A stretch of 64,000 bases of DNA from an uncultured Thermoplasmata archaeon (GTDB lineage: Archaea > Thermoplasmatota > Thermoplasmata > UBA10834), in contig OY970070.1 of NCBI GenBank assembly GCA_963705355.1, positions 686,818 through 750,817 of the forward strand. Reading direction: 5' to 3'. The notes beneath the pieces are model-generated. The model did not search any database and had not been told where the DNA came from. It saw only the letters and a program-made list of their open reading frames with translations. Shown here one piece after another: positions 48,235 through 58,717 of this stretch. The position numbers and the translations under genes are program-made. The first letter of the stretch is position 1. Each line of letters begins with the position of its first letter.

Positions 48235-50088
48235 TCATTTCAGGTTCGACAGTTTCTTGGCGATGTCACCCAACCCGACCTCTTCGAGCGCTTTCTTCGT
48301 GGGCCTGCCCTGATCGTCCCAGCCCCAGAGCCTGTAGTACTCGCTCAGCATCTTCTCGAATTCGGCCCGCGGAACCGCCTTGCCCTTGGTCTTGCCACTC
48401 GGCAACGGGTCCTTCTCCATGCGTTCGGGGAGATTGTCGTCCTTTCTCGAGAAGCCTTCCCTGGCATTGAATGCCTTCACGAGATTCCAGTTGCGTCTGC
48501 CGATCATGCGGAGGTACTGCTCATCTGCCTTGACGCCCGTGACGGCTGTGTAGTACTTCGCCATGTTCGGGAAGTTGACCGCGTAGAAGTCGCAGAAGAT
48601 GAAGCTCCACTTCACACTTGTCCTCGTCTGGTCCTCGACGCATATCGCGGCCTTGCCGTCAGTGCTCCAGGGATCGCCGCTGCCATACGCGTCGCTGGCC
48701 ACTGGCCAAGCCCTGTTATGGTCGGCACCGCGGTCTGATGTGGCATACGCAAGGGCCATTCCGATCGAGCCGCGTGGATCGTAGGCCGGGTACTCCGAAC
48801 CCTTGGATTCGACCACGAGCTTTTCAGCTCCCTTGCCTATCTTCTTCGCCGCCCGCTTGGAGCCGTCCGCGAGCACGTTGCCGATGTGCTGTCTGTGAGC
48901 GATCATCGCAGGCATCTTCACGTAGGCATCCTCGTTGCCGAACTTGAGGTCGAGACCGCCAGTGTCCTTCTTGGTCAGGATACCCTTCTCGTAAAGGTCC
49001 ATCGCCAGGGCAACGACGCTGCCGGCGGAGATCGTGTCCAGCCCGACCTTGTCACATTCCTCGGCGAACTTCACGATCGCCTCGATGTTCTTGATGCCGC
49101 AGTTCGAACCGCAGATGCCGATGGTCTCGTATTCAGGTCCTTCAGTCGCCGCTCCCTTCAACGCTCCCTTCGACACCCTGGTCCAGCTGCCGCACGCGAT
49201 GCCGCAGTCGAAACAGGCCTTCCTCCGCACGAGGACTCTGCTCTTCAGGGCGTCGGAGTTGATTCCCGCCGAACCTTCGAACTCTCCCGAGCTCCAGTTC
49301 CTCGTGGGCAGTATCGCGGCATTCTGGCTCATGTCGACGAGGATAGGTGTTCCATCGGTGATGGACCCGGCATGATCTGGGTTCTCGACCACATCCTTCA
49401 ACAGCATCTCCTTGGCCATTGGTATGAATCTATCGATGTCAGGCACTTCGAGGCCCATCGTTCCCCTGACAGCGACCGCTTTCAGGTTCTTGGAGCCGAA
49501 GACCGCACCGCCCCCGCCTCTACCAGCGTTCCTGGTGAGGTCGCTCGTCACGCACGCAATGAAGGACTGCCTCTCACCCGCGGGGCCGATGCATGCAACC
49601 CTTGCGTACTTCTCGCCTGTCTCCTTCCGGATCAGCGCTTCCGTCTCGTACGTGTCCTTGCCCCAGATGTTCTTCGCGTCCCGAATCTCCGCCTTGCCAT
49701 CTTTGATCCAGAGATAGACCGGCTTCTTCGCCTTGCCTTTGATGATGATTCCGTCGAAGCCCGCGTACTTGAGCTCAGGGCCGAAGTAGCCTCCCGCATA
49801 GCTGTCCAAGAACGTTCCTGTCAACGGCGACTTCGTGATGACGACATACCTACTGGTGACTGGGACCATGGTTCCCACGAAAGGCCCCGTCCAGATCATG
49901 AGTATGTTGTCAGGCGACAGCGGGTCCACGCCGGGCTTCAGCTCCTCGAAGAGATACCTCGCCCCGAGACCTTTCCCTCCAATGTGCAGCCTCGCCCATT
50001 CCCTGTTCAGTGGCTCAGTGGTTATCTTCTCGCTCGTCAGGTCGACTCTCAATACCTTGCCTGTGTAACCGTCCGCCATCTTGCTCAC
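48235..50088 (-). CDS. aor: aldehyde:ferredoxin oxidoreductase (tungsten/pterin AOR family)
   Basis: About 615-aa ORF with AOR-family N-terminus (GYTGKVLRVDLT); 4-nt overlap with an upstream ferredoxin gene. Confidence 0.85.
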   Translation of the reverse strand: MSKMADGYTGKVLRVDLTSEKITTEPLNREWARLHIGGKGLGARYLFEELKPGVDPLSPDNILMIWTGPFVGTMVPVTSRYVVITKSPLTGTFLDSYAGGYFGPELKYAGFDGIIIKGKAKKPVYLWIKDGKAEIRDAKNIWGKDTYETEALIRKETGEKYARVACIGPAGERQSFIACVTSDLTRNAGRGGGGAVFGSKNLKAVAVRGTMGLEVPDIDRFIPMAKEMLLKDVVENPDHAGSITDGTPILVDMSQNAAILPTRNWSSGEFEGSAGINSDALKSRVLVRRKACFDCGIACGSWTRVSKGALKGAATEGPEYETIGICGSNCGIKNIEAIVKFAEECDKVGLDTISAGSVVALAMDLYEKGILTKKDTGGLDLKFGNEDAYVKMPAMIAHRQHIGNVLADGSKRAAKKIGKGAEKLVVESKGSEYPAYDPRGSIGMALAYATSDRGADHNRAWPVASDAYGSGDPWSTDGKAAICVEDQTRTSVKWSFIFCDFYAVNFPNMAKYYTAVTGVKADEQYLRMIGRRNWNLVKAFNAREGFSRKDDNLPERMEKDPLPSGKTKGKAVPRAEFEKMLSEYYRLWGWDDQGRPTKKALEEVGLGDIAKKLSNLK

Positions 50089-50489
50089 CTCTTGATAACG
50101 TTTCTAGGGCACGCCTCAGCGCACTGAGGTGACCCCCCGCACAGGTCGCACTTGATCGAGTAGCTCCCGGAAGGGTCCATCCAGCATCCGTTGTAGGGAC
50201 AGGCCTCGACACAGGCACCACACGCAGTGCACAGCTCCTTGTCGACATAGTAGATCCCAAGGCCTTCGTTCAGCTTGATCGCATCGGCGGGGCACGCCTC
50301 AACGCACGGGTGCTCGTCGCATTGGATGCAATAGTTGAACCTGTACTCACCCGGCTCTGGATACACATCCTCGACGTTGATCCGGGACTCGCTGGGGTTG
50401 AACTTCCCGACATGGCTTCCCGAACAGACAAGCATGCATATCTGACAGCCGATGCACTTCTCCTTTTCCACTTTCAGACCCTTGCTCAA
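50085..50489 (-). CDS. 4Fe-4S dicluster ferredoxin (AOR-associated)
   Basis: 134 aa with multiple CxxCxxC(x)nCP motifs. Confidence 0.8.
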   Translation of the reverse strand: MSKGLKVEKEKCIGCQICMLVCSGSHVGKFNPSESRINVEDVYPEPGEYRFNYCIQCDEHPCVEACPADAIKLNEGLGIYYVDKELCTACGACVEACPYNGCWMDPSGSYSIKCDLCGGSPQCAEACPRNVIKR

Positions 50490-50912
50490 TTATGTTCCCT
50501 CCCTGACAGATGATCATCCATTGATTCGGCACGGCACGATGAGGACCGGTTCAGTCTATGATTCAAAAGGCGAGACGGAATCCCCTCTACCAAGCCCCCA
50601 TGGGACGGATAGCTTGATTGCGGACGGCGTATTTAGTTATTGTCGGCTCCCGTGTGTGCAGCCAGACTGCAGGATTCCTAACAGACGTTGAGCCAGAGGC
50701 TGCCATCGATATGCTCGAAAGGGCCTATCGATGGCCCGATTCGAAGAGGCCATTTAAATATACTCAAGACCATTAATTATCGCCGGAGGATGGGATGAGA
50801 ATGTCGATCGCTTTCGTTTTGACTCTGCTCCGGACTGCAATCATAAGCACGCCGTCTTCACTGCGGTCAGGCGCCGAATCAGGAAGATAGTTATAGAGAC
50901 AATGACTGCTAT

Positions 50913-51683
50913 TTGGCCTTGATGATCCCCGACGGCGCGAGAGTGCTCTTGGTCGACTCAAACGGCAGGAAGTTCGTGGTCAAAGCAGGGATGCAGATGA
51001 TCGAAGTCGGGGGACTCGGAGTAGTTGACGGGGTCAGGCTCCACGACTCCGACTTCGGGGACAAGCTCAAGATCGGGGGCCGCGAATTCGTCGTCCTGAA
51101 ACCGAGCGTCAAGGACCTGCTGAGCATCATCGAACGCAGAGCGCAGGTCATGATTCCAAAGGACAGCTTCTCAATTCCTCTTCACCTGGACCTTGGCTGC
51201 GGCAGCCGCGTGATAGAAGGCGGCGTGGGATCGGGCGCCCTCACGATGGTGCTTCTGAAGGCTGTCGCTCCTTCGGGAAGGGTCTACTCGTACGAGACGA
51301 GGGCGGACTACGCGGAGCTTGCTCGCCGCAACATCGCTCTCTCAGAGCACGAGGCGAACTGGGAACTCAGAATCGGCGACGTCTGCAGAGGGGAGTTGGA
51401 GCACAACGTCGATGCAGCCGTAATCGACATCCCTAACCCTTGGGATGCGGTTGAGAACGTGGCAAGGGCACTGAAGGCGGGCGGACACTTCTGTTGCTAC
51501 GTCCCTAACGCCAACCAGCTCGAAGACGCTGTCAAGAAAATGCGAGCGGTGAGGCTCGATGAAATCGTGGCGTTCGAGACCTTGCAGAGAGAGATGATCG
51601 TGCACGAGGGAGGCGTCAGGCCCAGCTTCGACATGCTCGGCCACACCGGATACTTGGCCTTCGGAAGGAAGATGCGGAGCTGA
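50913..51683 (+). CDS. trmI: tRNA (adenine-N1)-methyltransferase (TrmI/Gcd14 family)
   Basis: SAM-binding motif LDLGCGSRVIEGGVGSGALT and TrmI-like N-terminal domain. Confidence 0.6.
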   Translation: MALMIPDGARVLLVDSNGRKFVVKAGMQMIEVGGLGVVDGVRLHDSDFGDKLKIGGREFVVLKPSVKDLLSIIERRAQVMIPKDSFSIPLHLDLGCGSRVIEGGVGSGALTMVLLKAVAPSGRVYSYETRADYAELARRNIALSEHEANWELRIGDVCRGELEHNVDAAVIDIPNPWDAVENVARALKAGGHFCCYVPNANQLEDAVKKMRAVRLDEIVAFETLQREMIVHEGGVRPSFDMLGHTGYLAFGRKMRS

Positions 51684-51746
51684 AACCTGCAATCCCTCAA
51701 AAGCTAAGTATGCGCTTGCGCAATCTCCCAAACAGGTGATCAAGGG

Positions 51747-51986
51747 ATGGCTATCGCAGAGGTCAGGGTAGAGCTGAAGAAGGGGGTGGCTGACCCTGAG
51801 GGCAAGAACACGCTGAAGGCGCTCGAACTGCTGGGGTTCGGGGGGCTGAAGGATGTGAAGACCGTGAAGGTCTTCGATATCTACCTGGAAGGAAACGGGG
51901 GAGACGTGGAGAAGAAGATCGACGAGATGTGCAGGAGGCTTCTCGCCAACCCCGTGATACACAACTATTCGATCAAGATCAAGTGA
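51747..51986 (+). CDS. purS: phosphoribosylformylglycinamidine synthase subunit PurS
   Basis: 79-aa PurS-like ORF immediately upstream of purL. Confidence 0.85.
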   Translation: MAIAEVRVELKKGVADPEGKNTLKALELLGFGGLKDVKTVKVFDIYLEGNGGDVEKKIDEMCRRLLANPVIHNYSIKIK

Positions 51987-51995
51987 GGGACCCGG

Positions 51996-54329
51996 ATGTC
52001 GACCGACAAGTTGTACACTCGGCGGGAGGTTCCTTTCGAGCTTGCCGAGATCGACCTTGAATCCGCGAGCGACGAGCAGCTCAAGGAGCTGAGCAGTGAA
52101 AGCGGCACAGCGTTGTCGCTCGAGGAGATGCATCGCATTCGCGATTTCTTCGCAGCGAAGGGCAGATGGCCGACTGATGTCGAGTTTCAGTCGCTCGGCC
52201 AGGCCTGGAGCGAGCACTGCTGCTACAAGAGCTCGAAGATCTTTCTGAAGCAGTACGTTTTCGGCATCAACACACCGCAGGTGATCGACAGGGGCGACGC
52301 AGGCGTCATGGAGTTCGACAAGGATCATGCATACGCACTCAGAATCGAGAGTCACAACCACCCGAGCGCTGTCGAGCCGTACGGCGGAGCAGCGACTGGA
52401 ATCGGTGGCATAATCAGGGATGTGCTTTGCATGGGCGCTCAGCCAATCGCGCTCGTCGACCCGCTTTTCTTCGGTCCTCTGGACTACCCGTTCAAGAAAC
52501 TCCCTGCGGGGATCAAGCACCCGAAATACCTGTTTGGAGGGATAGTGGCTGGCATACGCGATTACGGCAACAGAGTCGGACTGCCAACCGTCTCAGGTGG
52601 AGTCTGGTTCGATGAGAGCTATGTCGGCAATTGCCTTGTTAACGTAGGCTGCGTAGGCATCGCCGAGAAGAAGCAGCTGAGGAAAAACGCAGTGAAGGGA
52701 CCCGGCGACGTGCTGGTGCTCGTTGGGGGGCGCACAGGAAGAGACGGAATTCACGGGGTCACGTTCGCGTCTGCGGTGCTGACGAAGAAGAGTGAGACCG
52801 AGTCCAGAGGAGCTGTCCAGCTCGGAGACCCTATCATGAAAGAGCCTGTCATCCACGCATTGCTCGAGGCCGATTACAGGGGCCTTGTGAACGGCATGAA
52901 GGACCTCGGCGGAGGTGGACTCTCGTGCGTCGTGGGTGAGATCGCTCTTGCGGGAGGGTGCGGAGCGGAGGTAGACCTGACCAAGGTACCGCTAAAGGAG
53001 GAAGGGCTGGCTCCCTGGGAGATATGGGTTTCCGAATCACAAGAGCGAATGATGCTCTCAGTGTCGGCAAAGAACGTTGACGAGGTATTGCACATATTCA
53101 AGCTCTGGGACGTGCCGGCGACTCCAATTGGCAAGGTCATCCCCGAGAAGTCCGTTCGACTGTACTTCCAAGGCGAGAAGGTCTTCGACCTGGAGCTCGA
53201 GTTCCTCACGGCAGGACCTGTCTACTGCAGACCGTGCAGTGCGAGGAGATCGAAGGGCAGCAGGACGGAAAAGACCCCGAGTGTAAAGGATAGATACGAC
53301 AAGGAGCTGCTCAGATTGCTGTCATCACCGAACATATGCAACAAGGAGTGGGTGATCCGGCAGTACGATCATGAAGTGCGAGGCAACACAGTCATCAAGC
53401 CGCTTCAAGGGAAGCTCGGCCATTGGAGCCACGGCGACGCGGCAGTGCTGAAACCGGTCGAGGATTCGTTCAAAGGCCTCGCGATTGCGACTGCGTCGAA
53501 CCCGTTTGCGGTCGGCATCGACCCGTACCGTGGGGGCAAGACTTGCGTCGACGAAATGTGCAGGAACCTCGTCGCAGTCGGTGCCAGGCCGCACTCGTTC
53601 ACGAACTGCCTCAACTTCGGCAACCCGGAGAAGCCTGACAGGCTGTGGCTTTTCAGGGAGGCTGTCAGAGGCATGGGGGAGGTGGCGAAGGCGCTGAACG
53701 TCCCCACACCGTCTGGTAACGTGAGCTTCTACAACGAGGCGCCATCTGGTGCCGTTCTGCCGACGCCCACGCTGCTCGGCTGTGGTATAGTCCGGGACAT
53801 CAGGAAGTGCGTAACGTCTGACCTGAAGCGAGAGGGGAACACGCTAGCTGTCATAGGCGCGACCAAGCCTGAGATGGGCGCATCTGAGTACTACAGGATG
53901 AAGAAGGGATACTCCAGAAAAGTCCCTGATGTGGACATTCAAGCGCTCCGAGCGGGAATGGAGGTCGTCATCGGAGGAATCGAACGAGCCGCCATTGTCG
54001 CGTGCCACGACATATCAGACGGAGGACTGGCAGTAACACTTTCCGAGATGTGCATAGGCGGGGATGTCGGGGCCGAGATCGACCTGACCAAGATGGAGAG
54101 GCTGCGATCTGATGTCCGCCTGTTCTCCGAGAGCAACAGCAGATGGGTCGTGGAGATCAGAAAGGGAAAGGAGAAGCAGCTGCCAAAGGACAGGAAGACG
54201 AAGGTGGCCAGGCTCGGAACGGTCGGTGGCGACTCCCTCATGATATCATCTGACAGGAGACTGCTTGACGTCGATGTCCCCAGACTCTCACAAAGCTTCA
54301 ACTCGACTCTCTGGAGGCTGGTAGGATGA
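51996..54329 (+). CDS. purL: phosphoribosylformylglycinamidine synthase subunit PurL
   Basis: 777-aa ORF with PurL/AIR-synthase-related repeat layout. Confidence 0.9.
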   Translation: MSTDKLYTRREVPFELAEIDLESASDEQLKELSSESGTALSLEEMHRIRDFFAAKGRWPTDVEFQSLGQAWSEHCCYKSSKIFLKQYVFGINTPQVIDRGDAGVMEFDKDHAYALRIESHNHPSAVEPYGGAATGIGGIIRDVLCMGAQPIALVDPLFFGPLDYPFKKLPAGIKHPKYLFGGIVAGIRDYGNRVGLPTVSGGVWFDESYVGNCLVNVGCVGIAEKKQLRKNAVKGPGDVLVLVGGRTGRDGIHGVTFASAVLTKKSETESRGAVQLGDPIMKEPVIHALLEADYRGLVNGMKDLGGGGLSCVVGEIALAGGCGAEVDLTKVPLKEEGLAPWEIWVSESQERMMLSVSAKNVDEVLHIFKLWDVPATPIGKVIPEKSVRLYFQGEKVFDLELEFLTAGPVYCRPCSARRSKGSRTEKTPSVKDRYDKELLRLLSSPNICNKEWVIRQYDHEVRGNTVIKPLQGKLGHWSHGDAAVLKPVEDSFKGLAIATASNPFAVGIDPYRGGKTCVDEMCRNLVAVGARPHSFTNCLNFGNPEKPDRLWLFREAVRGMGEVAKALNVPTPSGNVSFYNEAPSGAVLPTPTLLGCGIVRDIRKCVTSDLKREGNTLAVIGATKPEMGASEYYRMKKGYSRKVPDVDIQALRAGMEVVIGGIERAAIVACHDISDGGLAVTLSEMCIGGDVGAEIDLTKMERLRSDVRLFSESNSRWVVEIRKGKEKQLPKDRKTKVARLGTVGGDSLMISSDRRLLDVDVPRLSQSFNSTLWRLVG

Positions 54330-55156
54330 AGGCGAGCCAGGTCAAAGTGTGTGTGCTCAGGATAGAGGGCACCAACTGCGAGGAGGAGATGTATCTCTCG
54401 TTCCGGCGCCTGGGGGCGAGGCCGGAGAAGGTCCACCTCAAGCAGCTCACGGGGACGGACGTCTCCCACGAGGAGAAGAGGTCCCTCTCGGACTACCACA
54501 TACTCGCGCTCCCCGGAGGCTTCTCTGCAGGGGATTACGTCCGTGCGGGCGCCATATTCGCCGCAAGGATGAAGAGCAGGCTCTCGAAGGACCTAGTGGA
54601 TTTCATCAAGGCAGGCAAGCCCGTGCTGGGCGTGTGCAATGGGTTCCAGATACTCGTCGAAGCTGGCCTGCTCCCTGCAATGTCTGGCATAATGACGGAG
54701 TTCCCTGAGGCGGTCCTTGGCACGAACGACTCGGCTAGGTTCGAGTGCAGGCCTACGCTCCTGAAGAAGGTCAACAGGGGAAGCTGCGCATTCACCTCGA
54801 TGATCTCTCCTGACAAGATCTCCCTGATTCCATCCGCCCATGCAGAGGGCAAGCTGATGTTCCCGCTGGAAAGGACAGAAGAGATTATCAAGGAGCTCGA
54901 GGAGAACGACCAGATCGTGTTCAAGTACGTCGATCCCGAAGGCAACCTGGCAGGGTATCCATGGTGCCCGAACGGTGCGGTAGAGAACATCGCGGGCATC
55001 TGCAACAGGGAGGGCAACGTCTTCGGCCTCATGCCCCACCCCGAGAGGGTGTTCTTCAAGTTCACTCATCCTGACTGGACTAGGGAACCCGATGGCCCGG
55101 GGGACGGGAGGGCAGTGTTCGAATCCGTCCTGCACTACGTCACGAGAAAGATGTGA
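54326..55156 (+). CDS. purQ: phosphoribosylformylglycinamidine synthase subunit PurQ (glutaminase)
   Basis: Class-I amidotransferase catalytic Cys motif (GVCNGFQ); 4-nt overlap with purL. Confidence 0.85.
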   Translation: MKASQVKVCVLRIEGTNCEEEMYLSFRRLGARPEKVHLKQLTGTDVSHEEKRSLSDYHILALPGGFSAGDYVRAGAIFAARMKSRLSKDLVDFIKAGKPVLGVCNGFQILVEAGLLPAMSGIMTEFPEAVLGTNDSARFECRPTLLKKVNRGSCAFTSMISPDKISLIPSAHAEGKLMFPLERTEEIIKELEENDQIVFKYVDPEGNLAGYPWCPNGAVENIAGICNREGNVFGLMPHPERVFFKFTHPDWTREPDGPGDGRAVFESVLHYVTRKM

Positions 55157-55162
55157 AGGGGG

Positions 55163-55543
55163 ATGAGGAAGCCCTCTTCAAATGAACAAAGAACATCGGA
55201 AGTGCGCAAGAATCAAATTACTGGAATCGCAAGCGAGAGATTACGGTCGATCGAAAAAAAGATGAACAAGGTTGTCGAACTTGCGGTCGAGGAAGAGGCA
55301 TCAGTCATTGAGCTCGGCATTTCGCCACCTCGCATCAACCGTCCAAGCGCGGAGCCGGAAATGCGACTGCGCGAACTGCGGACTGAGCTGGCGAGGGTCA
55401 TCGAACGGTTTGAGTTCATGGTGCCAGAACTTCCAAGGAAACAGAAGAGAATGCACAGAAGACTCAAGTCCCTTCTCGATTCGTCAGAGACTCTCGAAAG
55501 GAAGTGGCTCGAATACCAGGCAATCGTCAGAGGGAGACTATGA
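55163..55543 (+). CDS. hypothetical coiled-coil protein
   Basis: Charged helical ORF with no motif; convergent overlap with ribK 3' end. Confidence 0.3.
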   Translation: MRKPSSNEQRTSEVRKNQITGIASERLRSIEKKMNKVVELAVEEEASVIELGISPPRINRPSAEPEMRLRELRTELARVIERFEFMVPELPRKQKRMHRRLKSLLDSSETLERKWLEYQAIVRGRL

Positions 55544-56183
55544 GCTCCACCTGGTCTCCGTCCTTCAACCCGAGCGAGCGTCTCAGGTGATACTTGCAGA
55601 TGACTTCGATGATGTCCGTGTGGTGAGACCTCACAGGAAGAACGACCGCGCACTCCATGTTGTGGATCGTCGCGAGAAAGCACTTCACATCCCCGAAGGT
55701 CCTGCCCTCTTTCTCGAAACCCTTGATCAGAATGCCCTCGGATTTCCTCAGGATGTCGAGCTTGGGCAACTCAGGGTCGGCGAGCCTAAGGTTCAACGTC
55801 CCCTCGAAAGGCTTGAACCACAGCTTCTTCTGGAATTGATCGGCGTAGGCCTCCTGGTTGACATAGTACTGACCCTCTCCGAGACCAGATGTGACTGTGC
55901 CTATGATGACGAGGTGGTCCTTCATCTCGAATATGCGCTGGTAGTCCGAGTACTCCTTTCTGAGAAGGTCAAAACCCTTATCGGTCAGCTTGATCCGCTG
56001 CCTCCTGGCACCCAGATCCCGCTCAATCAGAGCATCGCCGAGAAGCTCCAGTATTTTCTTGGAGGCGGACTGTTGGCTGATTTCGAGGACATTTCCGAGC
56101 TCCCTCGACGAAATCGCGATATAATCATGCACTCCACCCATGAGCGCTATGTGTTTGAGTGTCGCGATTTGCTTCTCATGCAT
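55527..56183 (-). CDS. ribK: CTP-dependent riboflavin kinase (archaeal type) with N-terminal HTH
   Basis: N-terminal wHTH-like segment followed by GTVTSGLGEG and EGTLN motifs. Confidence 0.7.
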   Translation of the reverse strand: MHEKQIATLKHIALMGGVHDYIAISSRELGNVLEISQQSASKKILELLGDALIERDLGARRQRIKLTDKGFDLLRKEYSDYQRIFEMKDHLVIIGTVTSGLGEGQYYVNQEAYADQFQKKLWFKPFEGTLNLRLADPELPKLDILRKSEGILIKGFEKEGRTFGDVKCFLATIHNMECAVVLPVRSHHTDIIEVICKYHLRRSLGLKDGDQVELIVSL

Positions 56184-56232
56184 GGTACGGCTCGGATGAG
56201 CTAGCCATCATAATAGCTTTTCGTCGTCGAGA

Positions 56233-56595
56233 TTACTCGTAATCGTCGGCCACTAGATAACGCTCGGCACGCAACCTAACAACTGGAACTCGCCTTTCCT
56301 TGAGTCGGCCTATTAGCTCTCTGTCGTTGGTCACGACGGCAGCAGACCTTTGCACGGCCAAATCGATAACCGCGTCATCGCCAGCGAGCTCGGTCTCCAC
56401 TATGTGATACTTGCGCGCCAATGCGAGAGCGGCTTTTCCGTTCCTGTCCGTCGTGTTCGCCAGCTCGCCAAGGACAGAGCTGGGCACGAAGACCGGAATG
56501 TCGCCAAACAGGCGCCTGAGCTCATGGTCCAGATTGAGTTTGAATTGAAAGGGCATCAGAAGAGCGTTCGCATCGAGCACAATTGCCAGAGGCAA
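56233..56595 (-). CDS. PIN-domain protein
   Basis: 120 aa with N-terminal IVLDANAL and conserved acidic residues in PIN-like spacing. Confidence 0.5.
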   Translation of the reverse strand: MPLAIVLDANALLMPFQFKLNLDHELRRLFGDIPVFVPSSVLGELANTTDRNGKAALALARKYHIVETELAGDDAVIDLAVQRSAAVVTNDRELIGRLKERRVPVVRLRAERYLVADDYE

Positions 56596-56607
56596 GGCAT
56601 CACACGC

Positions 56608-57840
56608 CTACTGAACGACGCCGTAGCCGATCAGGCGCCATTTGCCGGCTATGCGTCTCGATATGGCTATCCTCTGGCTCTTCTCCACACAGACTGGTAT
56701 CTTTAGGTCGACCTCCGCAGAATCGGATCGGCCGCTCGTGACCACCCCAACGGTGGTTGCAGTGCCAACGCTCAGCATCAAGGGCTCATTCGTCTTGAGG
56801 TTGTCCACGGCAAGCTCAGATGAGATTCCGACGACCCGTTTCATGAGTTCGGTCTTGAACGTCAGTTCACTGAGCACGGGTGGGAGAGTCCCAGGAACTC
56901 CGGCTATCCTGCCGACCAGTGAATCCGACTTGGTGGATGACGGGTCAAGGCCGGTTCCGATGGCAATCAATCCGCCAGGACCAGCGACTTCGAGCGAGAG
57001 TGCGCCAGCGTAGAGCGACCTCACCTTGGTCACGATGCTCTCCCAGCTCGACTTACTTCCGACCTCGACTTTCCTGCCGGGCAGGATCTCCACCTCGTCA
57101 CCGATCTTAAGCTTCCCCTGGGTCATCGAGCCGCCAATGACCCCGCCTTTGAGATTCTCGAGCTTCGTGCCGGGGACATTGACATCGAAAGACCTCGCGA
57201 TGTACATCCTCGCTGGCTTCGACCTGTCCCACTTTGGTGTCGGGATATTCTTCTCGATAGCCTCGATGAGCATGTCTATGTTGACATCGTGGTGGGCCGA
57301 TATTGGTATGATCGGGGCCTTCTCTGCGATCGTCCCCTTGATGAAGTCCTGGATCTCGGCGTAGTTCTCCCTGGCCTCCTCCTTGGTGACGATGTCGATC
57401 TTGTTCTGAACGACAATTATCTTGTCCACTCCGATGATGGACAAGGCCATCAAATGCTCCCTCGTCTGCGGCTGCGGACATTTCTCGTTCGCTGCGACGA
57501 GTAGGAGAGAGCCGTTCATTATCGCCGCGCCCGAGAGCATCGTGGCCATCAGAGTCTCGTGGCCTGGAGCATCGACGAATGAGACTGATCTGAGGAGCTC
57601 GCACTCGCCCTTGCAGTTGGGGCACGTTGGCTGGTTCGTGTAGCATTCTGGCGCTTCGCAGTTCTTGCACTTGTAGAACGCGACATCCGCGTACCCGAGG
57701 CGGATCGAGATGCCTCTCTTGACTTCCTCAGAGTGCCTGTCGGTCCATTCGCCCGTCAGAGCTTTCGTCAGCATGGTCTTGCCATGGTCCACGTGGCCGA
57801 TCATACCGATGTTTGTCTCTGGCTGGCTCGGAACCTTCAT
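56608..57840 (-). CDS. eif2g: translation initiation factor 2 subunit gamma
   Basis: G-domain motifs [12 protein letters not shown] and zinc-ribbon Cys cluster ([19 protein letters not shown]). Confidence 0.9.
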   Translation of the reverse strand: MKVPSQPETNIGMIGHVDHGKTMLTKALTGEWTDRHSEEVKRGISIRLGYADVAFYKCKNCEAPECYTNQPTCPNCKGECELLRSVSFVDAPGHETLMATMLSGAAIMNGSLLLVAANEKCPQPQTREHLMALSIIGVDKIIVVQNKIDIVTKEEARENYAEIQDFIKGTIAEKAPIIPISAHHDVNIDMLIEAIEKNIPTPKWDRSKPARMYIARSFDVNVPGTKLENLKGGVIGGSMTQGKLKIGDEVEILPGRKVEVGSKSSWESIVTKVRSLYAGALSLEVAGPGGLIAIGTGLDPSSTKSDSLVGRIAGVPGTLPPVLSELTFKTELMKRVVGISSELAVDNLKTNEPLMLSVGTATTVGVVTSGRSDSAEVDLKIPVCVEKSQRIAISRRIAGKWRLIGYGVVQ

Positions 57841-58259
57841 TACTGCTTCTTCTCCTCTTTCTTCAAAAGCTCAGAAGCCGGCTTCATCCCGTGCTGCGTG
57901 ATCTTCATGTTGATCTGCAGTGTGTCGGGCGCGATCGTGTTGCCCCTGACATTCTTCCTTCGCCTCAGCCCGCTCTTCTTGGAGTTGAAGCCGATGCTCT
58001 TGGAGATCAGAAGCTTCTTCCTTCTCGGGCCGGGCAGATCCTTCCTCATGGGGAACCCATCCTTGTCGCTCCCACCAGTGATTTCCAGTTTGAAACCAGG
58101 CAGGCCGACGAATATGCCGTCCACGACGTCGCCTATCTTCTTGCCGATGAGCGAGTTGGCGTGATGACCTGAGACTGGCGTCTGATACGACTTCCCATCT
58201 TTTGGATCGCCTATCACGGCCCTGAACTCTGCCAAACAATCCACTCCGGTGTGTGGCAC
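57840..58259 (-). CDS. rps6e: 30S ribosomal protein S6e
   Basis: S6e-like sequence ([10 protein letters not shown]... [17 protein letters not shown]); exact start uncertain. Confidence 0.85.
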   Translation of the reverse strand: MPHTGVDCLAEFRAVIGDPKDGKSYQTPVSGHHANSLIGKKIGDVVDGIFVGLPGFKLEITGGSDKDGFPMRKDLPGPRRKKLLISKSIGFNSKKSGLRRRKNVRGNTIAPDTLQINMKITQHGMKPASELLKKEEKKQ

Positions 58260-58395
58260 GCCCTAATGCGAAAGGAGTTATATAGGTTTCGGACCTGGAA
58301 TGGGAATGCTGGTATACCGTTTTGGAGCGGTGCGAATAGCGTACGTCGACATGAATATTACCGGCCAAACTATTACAAATAGCTCGAGGTCAAAG

Positions 58396-58716
58396 ATGAA
58401 GAAGATCACGAGAGAAGTACTGAAGAACATGATGGACACCAACGTCGATTTCGTCCTCATAGATGCGCGCGGGCATGAGGCCTATGACAAGGAGCACTTG
58501 CCCGGTGCGGTGTCAATCCCGTCGGATCATCTGGGGGAGCATCTGCTCAAGAACTACAAGAAGGACATAACTATCGTCACATACTGTTCTAGCTTTGAAT
58601 GCACCGCAAGCACGATAGCAGCAGAGAAGCTCGAGAAGTACGGATTCAAGAAGATTCTCGAGTTCAAAGGCGGTCTAGCAGACTGGAAAGTCGCGGGGTA
58701 CCCGACTGAGAAGTGA
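58396..58716 (+). CDS. rhodanese-domain protein
   Basis: Rhodanese active-site loop context (IVTYCSSFECTAS); ATG at 58396 preceded by GAGGT. Confidence 0.6.
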   Translation: MKKITREVLKNMMDTNVDFVLIDARGHEAYDKEHLPGAVSIPSDHLGEHLLKNYKKDITIVTYCSSFECTASTIAAEKLEKYGFKKILEFKGGLADWKVAGYPTEK

Positions 58717-58717
58717 C

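Noticed and set aside
48886-50127. 413-aa plus-strand ORF opposite the AOR gene
   Set aside because: Antisense to a well-supported AOR gene; R/H/D/L-rich composition without motifs.
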